Shown one piece after another: positions 56,531 through 64,000 of a stretch of DNA of 64,000 bases. The stretch is taken from contig NC_042999.1 in the NCBI RefSeq assembly GCF_006345805.1, positions 32,426,001-32,490,000 of the forward strand, written 5' to 3'. How positions within the stretch are numbered: position 1 is the stretch's first letter; every line of letters starts with the position of its first letter. This stretch comes from Octopus sinensis. Lineage: Eukaryota. The notes under the pieces are model-generated. The model saw only the letters and a program-made list of their open reading frames with translations. It had not been told where the DNA came from and searched no databases. The translations under genes and the position numbers were made by a program.

Positions 56531-57219
56531 AAAGTATATATATATATATGTATGTATATAATGTAACTATTTGGCAAAGCAATTCGTGAAGAAGATCTTT
56601 TTTGAATTACCTTATCATGGCAAGCAAGAAAAATAATGATAATCCTACAAAAGTATGCAAGGTAATCGGAAACATATTTAAGGAGGGCCTGCTTCATTAT
56701 ATCATTTTTATCCTACAGAGACTGGCTTCCAGCTAAATATGCAAGATACAAAGTAATACAAAGCTCATTTATGATGTTTGATTAAACGTACATAGAGAAT
56801 AGATTGAATTATAAACAGTACCAAATTATTTTTTTAATATTCTGACTTTATTTTCCTAATTTATGAATATTGTACTAATATTTTGTTTGTTCATGGAAAA
56901 GACGGAATTACACAGAATATGGTACATTTTCATAACAAGTTGAATACTTCCCCTATTTTTCTTATATTTCCCATCCTATTTCCTAAAATTGACATATTGA
57001 AAGGTCGCCAGCCCTTGTGAGAAAATGTCTTTGTTTACAAATATTCGATAGATATACAATTGGAAGAAGAATACAAGATAGAGAAAAAGAAAAGTGCTTT
57101 GTAATAAAATTTCAATGAATTGTCGACAGCAAATTGAAAAGAAACCTAAGTCTCTCTCACTCTATCTATTTCTCCCTATCCTTTATTATTTTTTCCCACT
57201 TTCATCTTTCCCCCGTAAA

Positions 57220-57223
<4 letters not shown>

Positions 57224-57285
<62 letters not shown>

Positions 57286-57290
57286 CTCTT
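57224..57290. repeat. (CT)n microsatellite
   Basis: Direct reading. Confidence 0.95.
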
Positions 57291-57407
57291 TTCTTCACCC
57301 TTGTTGATTTTCTTTCTATCTTTCCTGCTTTTTCCCTTCAAAAACCAAAGCATATTTCTCCCTCCTAAAAAAGCAAAAAAGCATCCGCTACATCTAAATA
57401 AGCAATT

Positions 57408-57473
<66 letters not shown>

Positions 57474-57557
57474 CATATATATATATGTGTGTATTTATAT
57501 ATTTCCATATATATATATATATATATATGTATATGTGTGTGTGTGTGTCTGTGTCTG

Positions 57558-57729
57558 TGGAGGCGCAATAGCCCATTTGTTAGGGCAGTGGGCTCGTGGT
57601 CGTAGGATCATGGTTTCGATTCCCAACTTTCTCTCACTCTTTCTTGTGTTGGCCTGCTCGCTAAGTCAATTCAAAGCGCATTGTGACCAGTGATATGTAG
57701 CAACATCTGATAGCATGGTCGGTCCCGTG

Positions 57730-57730
<1 letters not shown>
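57558..57730 (+). mobile_element. SINE family E, internally deleted
   Basis: Head and tail match the reverse complement of 24470-24768. Confidence 0.82.
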
Positions 57731-57762
<32 letters not shown>

Positions 57763-58015
57763 TGTATATATGTTGTGAATTTATGGAAAGAAATCACATT
57801 TCACCCTCATTTTGATTATAATTCTAAATTAGTATGTTCTCATACCGGCATAAACTACTGCAGTGAATTATTTATGCAGTATTTATTTCCGGTAATTTGG
57901 CGCGCTAGAACGAGTGCATTTGAATATAACTGTGAATATAATAGGCCGAACTACTCGTATTTTTGACCTCGTGTTAATATCTGCCGTGCAGTTCGACAAA
58001 TTGTATTTTATGACG

Positions 58016-58094
58016 AACCTCACTGATGATCTGCAGATTAATTGTGTCAGTAAAATTGCATAATTTATTAACAGTGAAACAATTGTATGGGGTT
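58016..58094 (+). ncRNA. Type I hammerhead ribozyme motif, intact core
   Basis: AACCUCA-CUGAUGA-(u)CUG...AAUUGUG..CAUAAUU...CAG(u)-GAAA-CAAUUG (palindrome)-UA-UGGGGUU; 7 bp stem I. Confidence 0.85.
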
Positions 58095-58314
58095 AATCTA
58101 TATTTTTGTTATTTTTCATTTGTCCTGCTCGCTTACGTTCATAGTGTGCTAAATCTTTTCTTGGGGACAATTCTTAGTGGTTGAGATGCATGTGGATCTC
58201 TCTTTAGCGTAAGGGCGACCACATAGTGGATTATCTTTCATATTTGTGTATATATGTATATCCACCATTTCGCTGTTGAGCACTCATTTTCATCCTTGAA
58301 CATTTGCGTATATA

Positions 58315-58388
<74 letters not shown>

Positions 58389-61300
58389 TATATATATATG
58401 TGTGTGTGTGTGTGTATGTGTGTGTGTGTATGGTGTATGTGTGTGTGTATGTATTATACTGATACAATCCATTCTTCTGGTAGAAATTGTTCACTTTGTA
58501 ATTTATCCGACAGGCGCTCTGCTTACTTGCAGGTGTCGTTCTGTTTATATTTATGTATTCCCTATATGAATGCCACTCATCTCTAAGGCACTGAAAATCT
58601 TTCTACTTCGCTTTAGATTCTCTTTCTTTAGCGGATATGAATTAGTTATGTTTTGGTTCTCTTACAGGCAAATACAAATTAGGTTATTTATATATAACAG
58701 GTAACACCGAGACTTTTCTAACCGTAAAACACAACTGTATAGAGTTTACAATCATTAGTAGATTTTTGTGTTACGTTTTTTTTGTTGCTTACGAAGAAGT
58801 ATTCGCCACTTAACGACAAAAAAGATTGTAGGATGAAACATCAAATATAAACGAGAAGGTATGAACCCGTGGCAATCATAATAGCATAGTTTTCTAATTA
58901 TCGTATAATAAAATTTTGGTATTCTTTACAGCCTGATAATAGTAATTCAACATTCAACACTGGATAACAAATAATGGCCTATCACGTCACCAAAATTCAT
59001 TGATTACCCCACTGATCATTATCAAAAATATATTTTAAATTTCCTGCTTTAACGTGTTTATAATCATGCTTAATTCTCAAAGGCATTTTGCTCATTATAA
59101 TAGGGTTTGAATGCAATATTAACGAAATCATTACTAGCATATTGCCAAAGTAAGAACGCCTAACTTTATTTTGAATCGAAGAAGTAATATAGCTTCTGAA
59201 ATTTTGCTTGAAACCATTACCAACTGTTTCAATTTTATACAAAAGAGGGAACGATAATTCGACGTTTTTTTCCGGATTTACTAAGATGATAGCCAAACCA
59301 TTTCTTCCTTATAATAACTAGCGTTTTTTGAGGAAAAGTCTTTTGAATTTAAGGTTTCGGCTTCAGAAAAATCAGGATAGGATGTGCTAGAAATAATTGC
59401 TATCTATTATAAGTTCGACTTGATAAAGAGCAAAAACCAAACTATTTGTAGCAAGGAAGCTACGGGGTGCATTCAAAGCAAAAATAAGAAACAAACAAAA
59501 TATCAAATATAGGGGATTGACACCTTTTTTTTCAAAGATCTGAGATATCGTCCTCATAGAAACTTAGTGTTAAACACAATATTGGAGTAAAACAGGATCA
59601 CTCAACTTCAGTAGTCTACACTGAAGTATTATCTCCCATTTATTTCATTTGCAACAGATCTATATAACTCATGCTGTGCTGCCTTCCTTTCTGCCTCTCT
59701 AACTATAAATATCCACTTGAAAATACATGACTCATACTATTACTCAATCTCCACCTTTTCTTTATCTTCACTGTGTCAACTTTCGATGACCAAAAGCAAG
59801 AGCCATAAGGTCCAACGAACTGAATCGGTTCTTGTTAGTAAAATTTACTTTGGTTGCTTCAGCACAAATATTTAACCATAATTTTGTGCAGTCTAACTTT
59901 GCCTTATTTTTTTTATTTAAATGAGTTCTCCTCTTGGCTGTCCCATACTTATATCCAGTTTCTTTCAGCTTCCTTTGAACCGTTCGGATATTTACATCTA
60001 TTTCACATTTCTACTTCACCTTCCATGCCATTAACTTTACTCCCGCTGCCACTACACAGGACACAATCATCTTCATTTGCCATGAAAGTTCTCTTCCCAA
60101 GTGACGTTTTCCTTCTTCTTGTCTTTTTGTTCATGTTAAAATCATGCTTTAGCATATATTCCCCTGTAGATTTCGAAATCCCCAAACAGCTATTTTTCTC
60201 AAGTTTAGGCTGTCTTCTCTGTATCTTCGAAATAAAGAACTCATTTCTTTTGAATGCATTTTCGTTCAAAAACAATTGTTTTTCTCAAGTAAAGAAAGAT
60301 TTCCTGAAGGATAATATTTATTTGACTGCTGCATGCTACCTTCGAACTAGGAAATTTACATAAAAATATGTTGAAGGGATTGTCCAAGTTGATGCTAAAG
60401 TAATCAAAATATAAAAAAACATGTACAGGAAAAGACTGAAAATAACATCTTACTTGCAGTCAGTTAAAAAGTCCTACGTTGGCGGTTAGCTTTTCTAAGT
60501 ATCTCAATGAAATATACTTTCTAGACGTACAATTTCTCAGATATCTGAAAACAATTTTCCCCTGTAGCATACTAGGCTGCCAAACATTTCATCATTGACT
60601 CCTCTAAACAATAGTCAACAAAAAGTATTGTCGTATCTTTCTGCCATTTCTACAGATATTATATTGACTTCTGTTACACTGAATTATTGAGTCCTGAGTA
60701 TCATCATATAATGACCGTCGTGTTTTTGTATCTCTCATAAACAAAATTATATCTACCTGTTCTCCTGACACCGATTCGCCGAATTCTTTTTGCCAATGTA
60801 TCGACCCTGTCAAAATTGTTTCTGCACTAGTTCCCTACAAATATCGTCCTACGTAATTTTAGGAACAATATTAACCACCCAGAATTCGATAACACCCCCG
60901 CTCATGCAAAACCTATCACAGCACTTGTATATAAACATTGCCCTAGATAAACGAGAGGTAGTTTATTGGCCGTAGATATACTGTCACAGTTTTTAACGAA
61001 ACTTGATCAATCGCAAGCTAAATATACATGTGTAGCACTATCATTTGATCTATATAGCCAAGTTATTTATAATTAAATGATTTATACACATTTCTCTGCA
61101 AGGAATTGCCGGACACTGATCTACAAAGATATATATCGTAATATATGTACACTGATACATTCTCAAGGCCTAATGAATGTGTTTTGCATATTTAGATCGG
61201 ACTACAATTATTAGAAATATATGACTGAATCAAAAATCATTTCTAAGTACAACATTAAAAAGCAATATATATAAGAGAGAGATATATGGGTGTAAGATAG

Positions 61301-62235
61301 ACGTCAAGTTGTTGAATTATTGTTGTTATTTTGTATAAAATCAGGACACCACAAAGTAGCTAATGCAAAAAAAAAAAAAACAATCATATCAAAACGCAAC
61401 TTAAGGCAGATGTGTTTATGTATTTTTTGCGTATTTATATATACATTGACTATGTATATTTTTTACATTAGTATATACATATCTAAGTAGACGTTTGGGT
61501 AAATTTTAGTCTATCTTAGACTATATTTTTCTGCATTTTACTTTGATCAAGCACATAGACTATTCTGATCCCACTGACTTTTCCCAGATAATAATACTGA
61601 TTACGTGTGCATCTTTGGTAAATTTGATCACTTTCAAGTTATTTAAATTTGTAGATAGTCCTGTCGATCGTACATCTATAAAAAGCATAGAGAAAATATA
61701 TTCATAATATATTTTAAGCCTATATGCATATTCCCTGTAGATGCACTTTTTTCAATTAATATGAACTAAGAGTATTTGTCTTGTACTAAGATAACTGTAA
61801 ATTACTTTGGTGTAGTTAATCTTATATATATATATATATATATATGCAATATAATATAAAATTTCTTCTCTCCTGAAAACTAAATCATACAAGGACAATA
61901 TATCATGAAATTCCAATCATTGACACTTGGAACAGGACATTGCTAGACTTAAACTTCAGTGCCTCGAGAAATATGTGTATTGCCTGGCATACGGTATTTG
62001 TATCTAAACTATAAATTCTGACAATTTCTAATATATTTCAATGGAAAAGCAGCTGTTTTATATAATGAACGCTTTCACATGACATATTTCTACCCTCAGC
62101 ACAAGGAATTATACTTATCAAGAAAAGAACATTTTGCCGCACAAGACATACATATGTACAAAATTTAGATCGCACCTTCAGCAAAAGACATTTAATTGCA
62201 ATCAGGTTCGATAACAAACGGAGCGCACGTAATGT

Positions 62236-62321
62236 TGCAGTACGACCGTTTCAAGCGACTCCATTTAATTGAGCAATGGAATCATTACATCAATTTAAAT
62301 GCAGTGCCGTCATCAGCTGCA
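62236..62321 (-). ncRNA. Type I hammerhead motif, left arm
   Basis: UGCAG-CUGAUGA-CGGC...GCUU-GAAA-CGGUCG-UA-CUGCA. Confidence 0.85.
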
Positions 62322-62523
62322 CAAATGAAGAAGTAGAATTTTAATCAGTTGGACGCATTAATATATTTCTAAAATACTTTAACAGAGGAAGAAGATGGGA
62401 GAAATTGTAGCCAAAATTAGACTATTCTTAGCTACAATAGCGACACCATGAATTTCTTCTATCTAGCTCCGTTAAAGTATTAGAGAATGATGTGTCCAAC
62501 TCATTATTCTATTTATTTATTGG

Positions 62524-62609
62524 TGCAGCTGATGAAGGCACTGCATTTAAACTGATGTAATGATTGCATTGTTCAAGTAAATGTAATCGCTTGAAAAGGT
62601 CGTACTGCA
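62524..62609 (+). ncRNA. Type I hammerhead motif, right arm
   Basis: UGCAG-CUGAUGA-AGGC...GCUU-GAAA-AGGUCG-UA-CUGCA. Confidence 0.8.
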
Positions 62610-62732
62610 TCACTACTTGACATCCTGTTGCTTATTTTCATATTATTTACATTATTTCGAGCTGTGGGGACAATACCGGACTGACTTGGTGCTTCAACTT
62701 AAGTGCCTAATTCGAATGAATCTCAATTATTT

Positions 62733-62766
<34 letters not shown>

Positions 62767-62808
62767 CATGTGTACACATGTGCGTATAGACTGGGTCACC
62801 TACGTGTT

Positions 62809-62833
62809 CAGTAGTAGTAGTAGTAGTAGTAGT

Positions 62834-62865
<32 letters not shown>

Positions 62866-62911
62866 TAGTAGTAGCAGCATCAGCAGTAGTAGTAGTAGTA
62901 GTAGTAGTATT

Positions 62912-62943
<32 letters not shown>

Positions 62944-62950
62944 TAGTAGT

Positions 62951-62984
<34 letters not shown>

Positions 62985-63085
62985 CTAGCAGTAGCAGTAG
63001 TAGCAGCAGCAGCATCAGTAGTAGTAGTAGTTGCAGTAGTAGTAGTAGTAGTAGTAGTAGTTGCAGTAGTAGTAGTAGTAGTTGC

Positions 63086-63119
<34 letters not shown>

Positions 63120-63170
63120 TAGTAGTAGTAGTAGTAGTAGTAGTAACATGAGCAGCAGCAGCAGCAGTAG
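62809..63170. repeat. Compound (TAG)n/(CAG)n microsatellite, ~360 bp
   Basis: Alternating blocks; source of the poly-Ser/Thr/Leu ORFs. Confidence 0.97.
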
Positions 63171-63540
63171 ACGACATATTTATGCCATAGGTCTATAGTA
63201 ATCTTTTTGCATATATCAGTTGTCAACTTTCTTGAAAATAGACCAAGGATATTTTAACAGTAGTTTCAAAGTTTCTCTAGTATTGGATGAGTGGATTGAA
63301 AATTTGCTGACGTATTCTTGTTCTTCTTTGCGTGTATTTTTGGTTTGAATTAGATGGTTTGCTAAAGTATCATTCACCTTTACATGTATAACTTACATCC
63401 GTTAATTCAGTCTCATTAATTACTTTAATTAATAACCATGCTAGCATACTTTAGTTAGAACCCCCTTATCGTGTCCCAATAAAGTGTAGCTGATATTTTC
63501 GCCTTGCAGCTTTTATTTGATTATATATATATGTATTTAT

Positions 63541-63652
<112 letters not shown>

Positions 63653-64000
63653 ATATATATATACACACACACACAAATGTAGTTAACCTCAGATTTTCAT
63701 TATTCATTCAGTCAAATATTGTTTCTGAACGAGAATTTAAACCCTGTAGATTAAGCCGGGTTGTTTGTAATTATACTTAGTGTGCTCCTTGTCCAACTAT
63801 GACTCCATTAGGAATATACCTATCATATTAATTCAGACAGTGACAACTTGGTCAGAGAAATTGTTGTTGATTCAGTCTTAAAAACACATTATGTATGTTA
63901 AATGCGATAACTAAAAACAAGTAAAATGATTTGATTAAGATACTTTCTTGTTAATAGGAGCAGGAATATTAAGTGGGTACTGCATCTAATATCTATTTCA

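Larger units (their letters stand above)
62232..62612. repeat. Diverged inverted repeat (~160 bp arms) with a hammerhead in each arm
   Basis: 62232-62395 vs 62455-62612 are reverse-complementary with scattered substitutions. Confidence 0.9.

Noticed and set aside
62723-63226. Poly-Thr/Ala, poly-Ser and poly-Leu ORFs (mucin- or antifreeze-like)
   Set aside because: Different frames of one (TAG)n/(CAG)n microsatellite; no gene context.

Overview
AT-rich animal DNA saturated with microsatellites and with no recognisable intact host gene. The (TA)n density and the SINE families suggest an octopus/coleoid cephalopod intergenic or intronic region (inference). Nearly all listed ORFs are translation artefacts of (TA)n, (CA)n, (ATAG)n and (TAG)n tracts. 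The real content is transposon debris: two decayed mariner copies and two mariner-type MITEs, a CR1/L2-group LINE 3' fragment, a decayed L1/Tx1-type LINE, a Helitron fragment and about a dozen tRNA-derived SINEs. The main signal, found by eye and invisible in the ORF track, is about 16 type I hammerhead-ribozyme (HHR) motifs from many unrelated sequence families, several intact. They sit in short inserts in or near microsatellites and co-occur with Penelope-like (PLE) GIY-YIG endonuclease 3' ends. They also co-occur with seven inverted repeats (arms about 40-830 bp), which are tail-out in the four that can be oriented. One insert is a tRNA-headed SINE carrying an HHR, and its inverted 5' duplication starts at the predicted cleavage site. 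All calls are manual; no search or folding program was run.
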